Below are positions 40,741 to 49,800 of a DNA stretch of 64,000 nt, in pieces; positions within the stretch are counted from its first letter, which is position 1; every line of letters starts with the position of its first letter. The notes below the pieces were generated by a model. That model was not told the DNA's origin. It was given only the letters and a program-made list of their open reading frames with translations, and searched no databases. Made by a program: the position numbers and the translations under genes. This stretch comes from Candidatus Uhrbacteria bacterium CG10_big_fil_rev_8_21_14_0_10_50_16 (GTDB lineage: Bacteria; Patescibacteriota; Patescibacteriia; UBA9934; UBA11717). The DNA is taken from positions 1,979-65,978 of the forward strand of contig PCYM01000005.1 of assembly GCA_002774875.1 (NCBI GenBank). The letters run 5' to 3'.

Positions 40741-40839
40741 CCTGTCGCAACCCAAGAACACGTGTGTTTTGAAAGATAGGGCCACAGCGCGAATCTTCTC
40801 AAAACATGCATGTCCGAAGATGAGCAAGCTCGGCGAAGG
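40741..40839 (-). repeat. Diverged third copy of the 2390-2589 palindromic element
   Basis: Reverse complement shares CTTCG.CGA, ATCTTC, GTTTTGAGAA and TTTCAAAACACACGTGTTCT. Confidence 0.8.
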
Positions 40840-40881
40840 AATCAGGTGTGATGAATAATGTGGTTACGGTCCCTCTCCTGT

Positions 40882-41103
40882 TCAAAGTAAAACACCCATT
40901 ACTGGGTGTCTTGCTTTGGTGATAGAGGGTGAATCGCCTTCACCTCTCAGCTCTTCAGCGCTTCGGGTTTGGTCCTGGTCTCGCGGCGCGTCCTGCTGGC
41001 CGCACATCGCTCCGACCGTTCGATTCCTTTAAACAGGACGCAGGTCCTGTTCTCTCCCTCGCCTCAAAGTAAAACACCCATTACTGGGTGTCTTGCTTTG
41101 GTG
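40882..41103 (-). repeat. 40-bp direct repeat of the tRNA-Leu 3' end plus terminator, 182-bp period
   Basis: TCAAAGTAAAACACCCATTACTGGGTGTCTTGCTTTGGTG at 40882-40921 and 41064-41103. Confidence 0.9.
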
Positions 41104-41185
41104 GGCGAAGAGGGAATCGAACCCTCACACTATTGCTAGTACAGGATTTTGAGTCCTGCGCGTCTACCAATTCCGCCATTCGCCC
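41099..41185 (-). tRNA. tRNA-Leu(CAA)
   Basis: GGGCGAA acceptor stem, CAGGA-CTCAAAA-TCCTG anticodon arm, long variable arm, GTTCGATTC, encoded CCA. Confidence 0.95.
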
Positions 41186-41280
41186 TCCGGTTTGTACGCA
41201 ATACGAGAAAATCCGTGAGACCGTCTTTTCTGCGTAGGCGAGGGCACTGTACCTTAATTCTAGGGACCCGTCAACGGCTA

Positions 41281-41309
41281 TTGACCCATCTTCTTATTCT
41301 TGGTATAGT
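41281..41309 (+). promoter_or_regulatory. Sigma70 promoter of the tRNA-Met pair
   Basis: TTGACC-N17-TATAGT with an extended TG. Confidence 0.7.
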
Positions 41310-41324
41310 GCCGCATGTCAGCGA

Positions 41325-41401
41325 GGCGGGGTAGCTCAGCTGGTTAGAGCGCAGGCTTCATAAGCCTGAGGTCGGGAGTTCAAGTCTCCCCCCCGCTACC
41401 A
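41325..41401 (+). tRNA. tRNA-Met(CAT), probably elongator (Ile2 not excluded)
   Basis: Cloverleaf with CAGGC-TTCATAA-GCCTG anticodon arm, GTTCAAG and CCA end. Confidence 0.92.
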
Positions 41402-41454
41402 CAGTGTTTACACGTGGATGGGGTCAGAGAGCTATTGCATCGTTTTCACAATAT

Positions 41455-41531
41455 CGCGGGGTAGAGCAGTCAGGCAGCTCGCCAGGCCCATAACCTGGAG
41501 GTCGTGGGTTCAAATCCCACCCCCGCAACCA
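41455..41531 (+). tRNA. Initiator tRNA-fMet(CAT)
   Basis: C1xA72 mismatch, CGCGGGG start, A11-U24 D-stem, CCA end. Confidence 0.92.
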
Positions 41532-41613
41532 AAAACATCCGTCGCAGACGGATTTTTTTGTTGAAAGGGAGGATTTGAACCAGAGAGGAAAACTATGATA
41601 AAATGACTCTACT

Positions 41614-42768
41614 ATGTCAACAGAACGACCATCCTTTAACGATGCGTTTCGCGTGTCTAAACGAGCACAAGAAAAAAACCCTAATGGGATTTACGCCGCA
41701 AGACGTGATTATTATACGTTGGGAGAGGAATGGAAGGAAAAGACAGAAAAAGAACTGAGTGAAAAAGATAGGTCTATTATTGAGGCAGCTCGCAATACGG
41801 TAGGTCAGGTAGTACGAAAATGGGTGCCGAGTGAACAGCTTCAAGACGATGTTCCGGTAGCCTTGTCTGATAGAAATGCCTTTATTGTGCATGGGGGGGC
41901 GATGGTAGAGCGTATTGAAGATTCTGACTATGGTGACGCGGATCTGTTTTTAGCCGCCGTGCACGAGCAGCTACATGCACGATCTTTTACGGATGCCGTT
42001 GTTACGAATACGTATAAAAAGACTCAGGCTGGTTTGGATATTATTATTGAATCTCCGAAAGAAACACGCCGTTATTTTCAGGGGTTGAACGAGGCTTGTA
42101 CCATGGATTTAGAAACGCTTGGTTATGGACTACTCCCAGATGAGCACACATTTAAACAAGCCATTAAGGATCGTGCAGAGGAAGTTATAGCAACGATCCA
42201 AGAAGAGGATCCGTTAACTCGTATTCTAGAAACGATGCCTTGGATTGTGACCATGAAGCGACGCGAAGAAGATTCTGAAACATTCCGAGTACTCAGTCAT
42301 TATTATGAGGATGTGTTTATTCGCTCGAGAATGACGGTGCATATTGCGAAGACGTTACCAGAAACCTATGCAGACGCGAATCAGGTAGGTGAGGTAATAG
42401 AGAAGGCCTATTTTACGGGTGACTTTCATGAGTTGAAGAGCGCGATTCGAGAGGTGTATGGACCAAAGGGGATGCTTATTGCCTCTAGGTGGCGGACGGT
42501 AGAAAAGTTTTATCCGCCCGAGGTGATAAAAAAAATAAAGCAATTTTTCTCTGGGAAAGAATGTGGAGATGTAGACCAATTACTTCGTGAAGTAGAAGTT
42601 TCCGTGTGCTCAACCTGTTTAGAAGAAACAGGTGGAAGCGTGTGTCTTCATTGTGGTGCAAAGCGAGAGATGGACCGAAAGAAGAATAAAGAAGAAACGA
42701 TAGAATGTAAATTTTGTGGATCGTTCATAGGGGTCTCGAACGGTGTTTGCCGTGAGTGCGGTTCATAA
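41614..42768 (+). CDS. Hypothetical zincin-like protein with C-terminal Cys-rich zinc ribbons
   Basis: HEQLH with downstream GLNEA; four CxxC pairs at the C-terminus. Confidence 0.7.
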   Translation: MSTERPSFNDAFRVSKRAQEKNPNGIYAARRDYYTLGEEWKEKTEKELSEKDRSIIEAARNTVGQVVRKWVPSEQLQDDVPVALSDRNAFIVHGGAMVERIEDSDYGDADLFLAAVHEQLHARSFTDAVVTNTYKKTQAGLDIIIESPKETRRYFQGLNEACTMDLETLGYGLLPDEHTFKQAIKDRAEEVIATIQEEDPLTRILETMPWIVTMKRREEDSETFRVLSHYYEDVFIRSRMTVHIAKTLPETYADANQVGEVIEKAYFTGDFHELKSAIREVYGPKGMLIASRWRTVEKFYPPEVIKKIKQFFSGKECGDVDQLLREVEVSVCSTCLEETGGSVCLHCGAKREMDRKKNKEETIECKFCGSFIGVSNGVCRECGS

Positions 42769-42821
42769 AAAAGGTGTCCCCCCGCACCGAGGTGGTGCAG
42801 GGGGAGCAGGAGATTTCGAAT

Positions 42822-43436
42822 CTAGAGGAAGACCATGAACACCCCGCGAAGGATGTGCGACGTGGTATCTTCCTGAGGAGCTACGTAGTACTGGAGGCCG
42901 ATGAGGATGGGCCCGACCGTTGCCGTGACCTGTGGGCCAAAGGTCACGCCGGCGTTGAGCTGCTCCACCTGGAACCCCACGTGAAGTGGGAGCTTCCACG
43001 GAGGCGTGAAGCTCGCTTCGTAGTAGCCGTAGTAGTCATGGACGTCCTCGGCGAAGTAGCCATCTCCCTCCAGGAAGATGGCGATGGCGTCGTCCAGGAG
43101 GTTGATGCCGAACCAGAACGACGCTAGCGCCGCTGTGCCTCCGCTTGGCGTCCAGTGCCCCGCCACGCCCACCTGGGGCGAGAACCAGACCGTGGCGTAC
43201 TTCTCCTTGAACGTGAACTTGGGCCCCACGTACCCGAACAGGGCGTGGGTGCCGTCCTCGGGAACCCAGAACAGGTGCCCCGACGCACGCATGGAAACGT
43301 GCTCCGCCTTGTCCATGGCGTGGCTCTCGCCGTGGACCGCGGTGAGCACCTGGAACGGCGCCAGAACGTCCTCAGCACGAGCCGGGGACGCTGCGGCCAG
43401 GAAACCGATCAACAGAACAATCAGCATGCGATTCAT
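42822..43436 (-). CDS. Secreted, predicted beta-barrel-like protein
   Basis: GGAGG SD; signal peptide ending ARA; amphipathic aromatic beta strands; G/C-ending codons. Confidence 0.7.
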   Translation of the reverse strand: MNRMLIVLLIGFLAAASPARAEDVLAPFQVLTAVHGESHAMDKAEHVSMRASGHLFWVPEDGTHALFGYVGPKFTFKEKYATVWFSPQVGVAGHWTPSGGTAALASFWFGINLLDDAIAIFLEGDGYFAEDVHDYYGYYEASFTPPWKLPLHVGFQVEQLNAGVTFGPQVTATVGPILIGLQYYVAPQEDTTSHILRGVFMVFL

Positions 43437-43560
43437 GAAGTCCTCCGGGAATGGGTGAATAGCGGGCGAACCTTAGGATATTTGTGGCTATTTGTCAATA
43501 CATTGGTTCGTCCACAGGGTGCAAACTCCTGGATTTGCTATACTTAACGCGTTAAACACT

Positions 43561-44349
43561 ATGGCGCAAGTCTACGCAATCGTAAACCAGAAGGGAGGAG
43601 TTGGAAAAACCACCACGACCTTAAATCTGGGGGCTTATTTGGCTGCGGCCGGTAAGCGGGTACTCTTGGTGGATTTGGACCCGCAAGCAAACGCAACATC
43701 TGGTTTGGGGATCAACCATCAGGAGTTGGAACAAGGTTTGTACGATGTACTCATTGGGGAAAAATTACTCGCAGACGTACGATTCCAAACGCCGCATGAG
43801 GGTCTTCACGTGGTCCCAACGAGTCAAAATTTGGCCGGTGCAAGCATCGAACTTGTGGGGCAAGAACAGCGCGAGTTTAAACTCTCGCAGGCCCTGCAAA
43901 CCGTTGCCGACGAATACGACTACATCCTCATCGACTGCCCACCGTCGCTCGGACTCCTGACGCTTAATGGATTGGTTGCCGCGGATCATGTGGTGATTCC
44001 TATTCAGGCGGAATACTATGCGTTAGAAGGATTGGGACAGCTGTTACGCACCGTTGAGTTGGTGCAAGAGAATCTCAAGCCAGAACTCAATGTGTTTGGT
44101 GCGGTGATTACCATGTATGACTCGCGTACCAAGCTATCCAAAGATGTTCTTACAGAACTCTACAAGTATTTCCCTAATAAAATATTCCGCTCGGTGATTC
44201 CGCGTTCGGTGCGGTTAGCGGAGGCTCCCAGTTTTGGACAAACAATTCTCGGTTACGATCCAGGAGGAAAAGCGGCACGCGCGTACGAGCGACTTGCAAC
44301 AGAATTTCTTCTGCGAGATGAACAGAATACGCACGAAGCAACAGTATGA
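43561..44349 (+). CDS. parA: Chromosome partition ATPase ParA/Soj
   Basis: NQKGGVGKTT, DLDPQAN, DCPPSLG and EAPSFG motifs. Confidence 0.96.
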   Translation: MAQVYAIVNQKGGVGKTTTTLNLGAYLAAAGKRVLLVDLDPQANATSGLGINHQELEQGLYDVLIGEKLLADVRFQTPHEGLHVVPTSQNLAGASIELVGQEQREFKLSQALQTVADEYDYILIDCPPSLGLLTLNGLVAADHVVIPIQAEYYALEGLGQLLRTVELVQENLKPELNVFGAVITMYDSRTKLSKDVLTELYKYFPNKIFRSVIPRSVRLAEAPSFGQTILGYDPGGKAARAYERLATEFLLRDEQNTHEATV

Positions 44350-45254
44350 AAAAATCAACAGGTCTTGGAAAGGGTCTCGGGTCGCTCATCCCAGAAAAAC
44401 CACATCGTGTAGAAGGTGGCTCAACGCGCATGGTAGAAACCGTGGTGAGTGTGTCGTCGCATCCAGAAACAACGTCTGGACGCGTTCTTGAAGTATCGGT
44501 AAATGCGATCGTTCCAAATCCACGTCAACCACGTACGTATTTTAGTCCAAGCGAGTTAGAGGATTTAATTGCGAGTATCAAGACGTACGGAATCATTCAA
44601 CCACTGGTGGTGACGCAAACGCAGAATGGGTATGAGTTGATTGCGGGTGAGCGACGATTACGTTCCGCTAAAGCCGCTGGATTGGAAATGGTCCCGGTGG
44701 TTGTGCGTACGGCAACTGAGCAAGAAAAATTGGAATTGGCATTGATTGAGAATATTCAGCGTCATGACTTGAGCGCCGTTGAGGAGGCACGATCGTACAG
44801 GACGCTCATTGATTCGTTTGATCTTACACAAGAGGAAGTCGCAAAACGATTAGGTAAAAGTCGTAGTGCGATTGCCAACACGGTACGGCTGCTTGAGTTA
44901 AATGACGAGATGCTTCAGGCATTACAAGAAGGGGAGATTACACGGTCTCATGCACGTGCGTTACTTGCACAGCAAGATCTTGTCTTGCGCGATCAAATGT
45001 TTTTGCAAATGCTGAGTGGTGATATGACGGTACGTGAGGCAGAGGAGATGTCGACCGTTAAACAGACACGCAAGAAAGTGGCAGCCGTGCAGGATCCTAA
45101 TCTGGCAGAGCAGGAACGCACATTGGAATCTATCTTTGGCACAAAAGTGCGGATTGAAGAAAAACCAAACGGGAAAGGAAAAGTGATGATTGAGTATTAT
45201 TCCAAGGATGATTTGTTTGCCATTTTGGATCTTGTTGGAACTGTCCAAGTATAA
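44346..45254 (+). CDS. parB: ParB/Spo0J
   Basis: GLGKGLGSL, NPRQPR, IAGERR, ENIQR and an HTH. Confidence 0.96.
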   Translation: MKKSTGLGKGLGSLIPEKPHRVEGGSTRMVETVVSVSSHPETTSGRVLEVSVNAIVPNPRQPRTYFSPSELEDLIASIKTYGIIQPLVVTQTQNGYELIAGERRLRSAKAAGLEMVPVVVRTATEQEKLELALIENIQRHDLSAVEEARSYRTLIDSFDLTQEEVAKRLGKSRSAIANTVRLLELNDEMLQALQEGEITRSHARALLAQQDLVLRDQMFLQMLSGDMTVREAEEMSTVKQTRKKVAAVQDPNLAEQERTLESIFGTKVRIEEKPNGKGKVMIEYYSKDDLFAILDLVGTVQV

Positions 45255-45298
45255 ATGATCGTTTAAAAAAAACACCGAGCACGCTCGGTGTTTTTGGT

Positions 45299-46795
45299 TT
45301 ATTTTTTCATCATGTTGTCGATCCATTGTTTGACCTTGCTCTTGGTAGCGGATCGGATTTTGTTGCGTGCCTGGCTGGTTTTAACAAACTCGAGCCACTC
45401 GGGATTTGGGTGTCGACGCGATTTGTTGGTAATGATGGTGCACATATCGCCTGATTTTAACTCTGTACTCAACGGAACAGCTTGATCATTTACCTTGGTC
45501 GCCACACAGGCGTTACCAATTTCTGTATGAATCGCATAGGCAAAATCGACAGGGGTAGAACCTTCCGGTAGGTCGATTACATCTCCCTCGGGGGTGAGGA
45601 CAAAAATACGGTCTTGAAATATGTCGAGCTTCACGTCTTCGAGTCGTTGCAAAAAATCTTGTCCAGCCGCCATCTCTTTTTGAATGTTTGCAAGATCATC
45701 AATCCACGGCATGGTCTTAAGAGGCTTTTGACTCCCATTGGATTTGTAATGCCAATGCGCCGCAATTCCATATTCTGCATGGTCGTGCATCTCTTTGGTA
45801 CGAATTTGAAACTCCACGATGCCGCAGTTTTCGTCAAACACCGTGGTGTGAAGTGATTGGTACCCGTTGGGCTTTGGCTGGGCAATATAGTCCTTAATCC
45901 GACCTTTAAGCGGCGGCCAATGGGCATGGAGCACACCGAGCACGGCGTAGCAGTCTGCAATGTCTTGGACGATTATGCGAATGGCGACGAGGTCGTAAAT
46001 CTTGGTGACGTCTTGGTGATAACGCAAAAGTTTTTTCCAAAAACTGTACAGAAACTTTTTGCGTCCCATGACGTCAATGGCCTGAATTCCGGCCTCTTCC
46101 AGTAAACGCTTTGCTTCCTGGATTGTTTTAGTAAGATCACCTTCACGAAGCATTGCGGTTTTTTCTAGGAGTTCTTTTGCTTCTTTGAATTCCTTAGGCT
46201 CGGCGTATTGAAAGGCTGCATCTTCTAGACGTCCTTTCATGTCTCCCATTCCTAATCGACTTGCAATGGGTGCGTAGATCTGCAAGACCTCCTCAGCAAT
46301 ACGCGCGCGTTTTTGTACGGGTCGCGCATAAAGTGTTTCCGCATTGTGGAGGCGATCGGCAAATTTAATAAACACCACGCGGACGTCTTCGGCCATCGCT
46401 AAAAACATTTTACGAAGGTTTTCTGCGTAGCGTTCAATCCCGCGGTATTTAACCTTTCCAAGCTTTGTAACGCCCTGCACCATGTTCGCAATATCTTCTC
46501 CAAACAAAATTTGCACGTCCTCGATGGTGGTAGATGTGTCTTCGGGAACATCGTGCAAGAGCCCTGCGGCCACGACACTAAGGGGCAATTCCATCTCGGC
46601 AAGGCGAACGGCGGTAGCAATGGGGTGCACAAGGTAGGGAGCACCCGTATAACGACGTTGTTCGCCGTGTGCGGTCTTAGCAAAATCATAGGCTTGGCGT
46701 ACTAAACTCAAATCTGGATCTTGGTAATGCGCGTGAATCGTGCGTTCAAGATCGTCCCAGCTCCAAAGTCGTTCGGTGAGGGTCGTTGTTTCCAT
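45299..46795 (-). CDS. RelA/SpoT homologue (HD, synthetase and TGS domains; no ACT domain)
   Basis: LLHD, DRLHN, KDYIAQPKPNGYQSLHT, EFQIRT and DFAYAIHT motifs; 498 aa. Confidence 0.93.
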   Translation of the reverse strand: METTTLTERLWSWDDLERTIHAHYQDPDLSLVRQAYDFAKTAHGEQRRYTGAPYLVHPIATAVRLAEMELPLSVVAAGLLHDVPEDTSTTIEDVQILFGEDIANMVQGVTKLGKVKYRGIERYAENLRKMFLAMAEDVRVVFIKFADRLHNAETLYARPVQKRARIAEEVLQIYAPIASRLGMGDMKGRLEDAAFQYAEPKEFKEAKELLEKTAMLREGDLTKTIQEAKRLLEEAGIQAIDVMGRKKFLYSFWKKLLRYHQDVTKIYDLVAIRIIVQDIADCYAVLGVLHAHWPPLKGRIKDYIAQPKPNGYQSLHTTVFDENCGIVEFQIRTKEMHDHAEYGIAAHWHYKSNGSQKPLKTMPWIDDLANIQKEMAAGQDFLQRLEDVKLDIFQDRIFVLTPEGDVIDLPEGSTPVDFAYAIHTEIGNACVATKVNDQAVPLSTELKSGDMCTIITNKSRRHPNPEWLEFVKTSQARNKIRSATKSKVKQWIDNMMKK

Positions 46796-46882
46796 ACAAG
46801 AGATCGTAACCTAGCAAAATTTTGTTGTAAAGCGAACAGGCCTGCGGTAGACTGGCAACATTGAATCGCAACGTATGAGTGT

Positions 46883-49800
46883 ATGGCAAAACGAACAAAA
46901 ATGACACGCGCCGATAAAGAGGCGCTTGGGGCAGAACCGGGCGATCCTAGTGTTGATGTTCTGTCAGACGAGAAGAAGAAGGAGCAATTAGAGCGGGCGC
47001 AAGATCAACGATTACATACGTTGTTACACGCGGTTCGATTACATAAGCGTCTTGGCACCCTCCTGGAGAAGATTCCTGTAAACAAGCGCTCTCCCGGGCA
47101 GGTTGCACATGACGTAAATGCACAATTGAGGGAACTGGTCCCCTTGTTTGAGACGTCTGGGATTGTGACAGCAAGCATGAGTCAACAAGATATCGACGCA
47201 CTTCGTCTCTCGCTACTCGTGATCCCAGAGGGAAAGTCTTCTGTTGATATTGTCCGTGAAGGTCATCAAAAATTAGAAAAAGCATTAAATGCTATTCGGT
47301 CTGCAGCAAAAATTGCACCGGAGGATCGTGATATTGTTTCAGCAAACCATTTGGAAAATAAGGTTGGTCTATTGCGTCGCACGCGAGGGATTGAGCGTGG
47401 TATTGGACGATTGCAAACGGAGTGGCGTGCCCGTGGACCGAAGGCTCCCAAGAATGCCGCTGAGGCGGCAGCGGTCCTTAAGCCATTTATTGAAAGTTCT
47501 GCAGAGGTACTGACGATTGCCTCCCAGGGTGATCCAAAGGAAGTGAAGGTATTTGTGGATCAATTGCTTGCGGAGTTGCAAAAGGTTTCATCTCTTCGCG
47601 AAGCGTATGTCTTAACGCGCGAAAAATTACAAGGGGTCCACGATCTGGTTTTGGAGAATTTGTCGGGTGATCATGTTCGTGAGCAACAGCTCCTGCAAGG
47701 TGTGTTGGACGAGGAGGAACAATGGCATCAACGCGCGCAACATCCAGGGAAAGAGGCGAAAGTTGCATGGGATGCGGCGTACAAGCAGGCACGAGAAGAG
47801 GCAAGGGCGGCAATTGATGCGCATAAGAGTGCACCAACGACTGCGGAGGATACGGTGGATGTGGATGCAGCCGTGGCAACTGAAACGGTTGACGGAGACT
47901 CCGCGATTGTCGAGGACGTGCCTGTCATGGAAGAGATACCGGAAGAGGTAAAGGTTGAAACAAGACCGTCGGCGGATTTGGCGGAAAAGACACGTCGGCT
48001 CAAAGAGTGGGATACACTTACGCGACAATTTGCCTCGGCGCAGATGTTTTTGTTGAACCCGGAGTTTGCCACGGATGCCGATATCTCGCAGGCGGATCGT
48101 GCGCGAACAGTAAACGATATTGTTCGACGTGCGCTTATTACCTCCGAACACACAGGTGTTTCCACGGCTGATTTGGATATGCTTCGCGGATTGTTGGTCA
48201 AGGACACGGATGTAAACGGGAAGACGTGGCAAAAGCAATTACACACGATTGAGAAAGCCTTGCAGCAGTTGCGAGGACGATCATTGAATCAATTGAAAGT
48301 GACCGTGGAAGAGGAACAGCGGACGCAGGAGGCCTTGGATGTGGCACGTGTGTCGGCGCCTGTTGAGGAGGTTGTCGAAGAACCGGCCGCTTTGGATGCG
48401 ATTGAACCTGTTACCGAGCAAACGTTTGCGCAGTATTGGGAAGAGTTGCAGGAGGAAGATTCGTCCTATGCAAATGCGTTAGGGATGGATGGGGCGTTGA
48501 ATTTGTGGGAAGAGACCGCGGGGGCGGTGGATGCAGAGTCTACGGAAGAACCACTGGATTCAGATCCATTAGAACATGCAGAGAATACATCAGATGTGCT
48601 GCCATGGAGCGATGAGGATGTCACGGAAGAAGTGGATCAGATTGGTGCCAAGCAGTTGGAGAATATTTGGGAAGGTAGGGAAGTGTTTGGGCCTGTTGAG
48701 CGTCCAGTGTCGGGTCCTATACGATCGGAACCGAAGGAAGAGGAAGTTAACATGGAAGATACATTAGATGTGCCGCCGGTGGAGGAGACACTTTATATTG
48801 GATCGCCAGATGATGCTCCGGAGGTATTGAGCGAAAATGTTGTACAGGCGTTTGAATCGTTGTTTAAAAAGCGTTATGGAGAGTCTGCGCCGGATGGAGT
48901 GGTTGTAACACGGGGAGAACGACGTGGGCAAATGGTGGTGTCGGGCGCACGGTTGGATTATATTTCCAATGAAAAATTGAGTTACAAGAGTGATGAGGAT
49001 CGGGTCGTTATCTCTAAGGACGGGTGTTCTTTTATGGTGATCGATGCCATGGGTGGCATGGGGAATGGGGATATTGTGGCGGACGTGCTGGCGGCGCACG
49101 TTGCCGCAGGGGAGGATGAGGATTTATATCAATCGATTGTTGCAGCACAACGGGAGCTTTTGAATATGCAACGTGATTACAAAATTGACGCGAGAAGTGG
49201 CGCCTGTTTTGCGTCGGGGGAGCTTACATTACAAGGAGACGACGTGGTGTTGGAGACCATGCATATGGGAGACGTACGTTTGGTGGTGCGTGGCGCCGAT
49301 GGAACGGTTCGGTTTGTGTCTCGCGATTTCTCTCATGTTCAGGATCTGGTCGATAACGGAATTATTGAGGCGGATCGCGCGCTCTATCACCCAGATCGTA
49401 ATAAGGTGACGAGCGCCGTGTCTGCGGATTGTGTTCCAAAAAAAGATGGGTTGATTTATGACCGAGAAACGAAGCGAATTATTGCGGCGGTACAAGATCT
49501 TGTAGATCGTGGGTTGAAGCCGGAGACGGCAACGGCATTGTTGGAAAAAGCGTGGGAGGAGATGCAAAAAGGACTTCACATGACGGATGCTATTGGTCGC
49601 GCAACGATTGTTTTGCAAGAGGGTGACGAGGTGTTTGCGCTCACGGATGGGTATACGGACAATTTTACAACGGAGGAGTTGTTGGATCTTTTGGATACGC
49701 ATGATGGAGATTTGCAGATTCTTGATATTCTTACAACTGCACGTGTAGAGGCGTACGAGAAAGGGAATGTTGGGTCATCGGTGTATCGACAAGTACATCC

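Noticed and set aside
42756-43547. Plus-strand ORFs overlapping the beta-barrel-like gene
   Set aside because: Shadow ORFs of a high-GC3 gene; the minus-strand ORF has the SD, signal peptide and terminator.
43437-43560. oriC or parS near parAB
   Set aside because: Only degenerate DnaA-box-like sequences, no TGTTTCACGTGAAACA-type palindrome seen, and no dnaA in the window.
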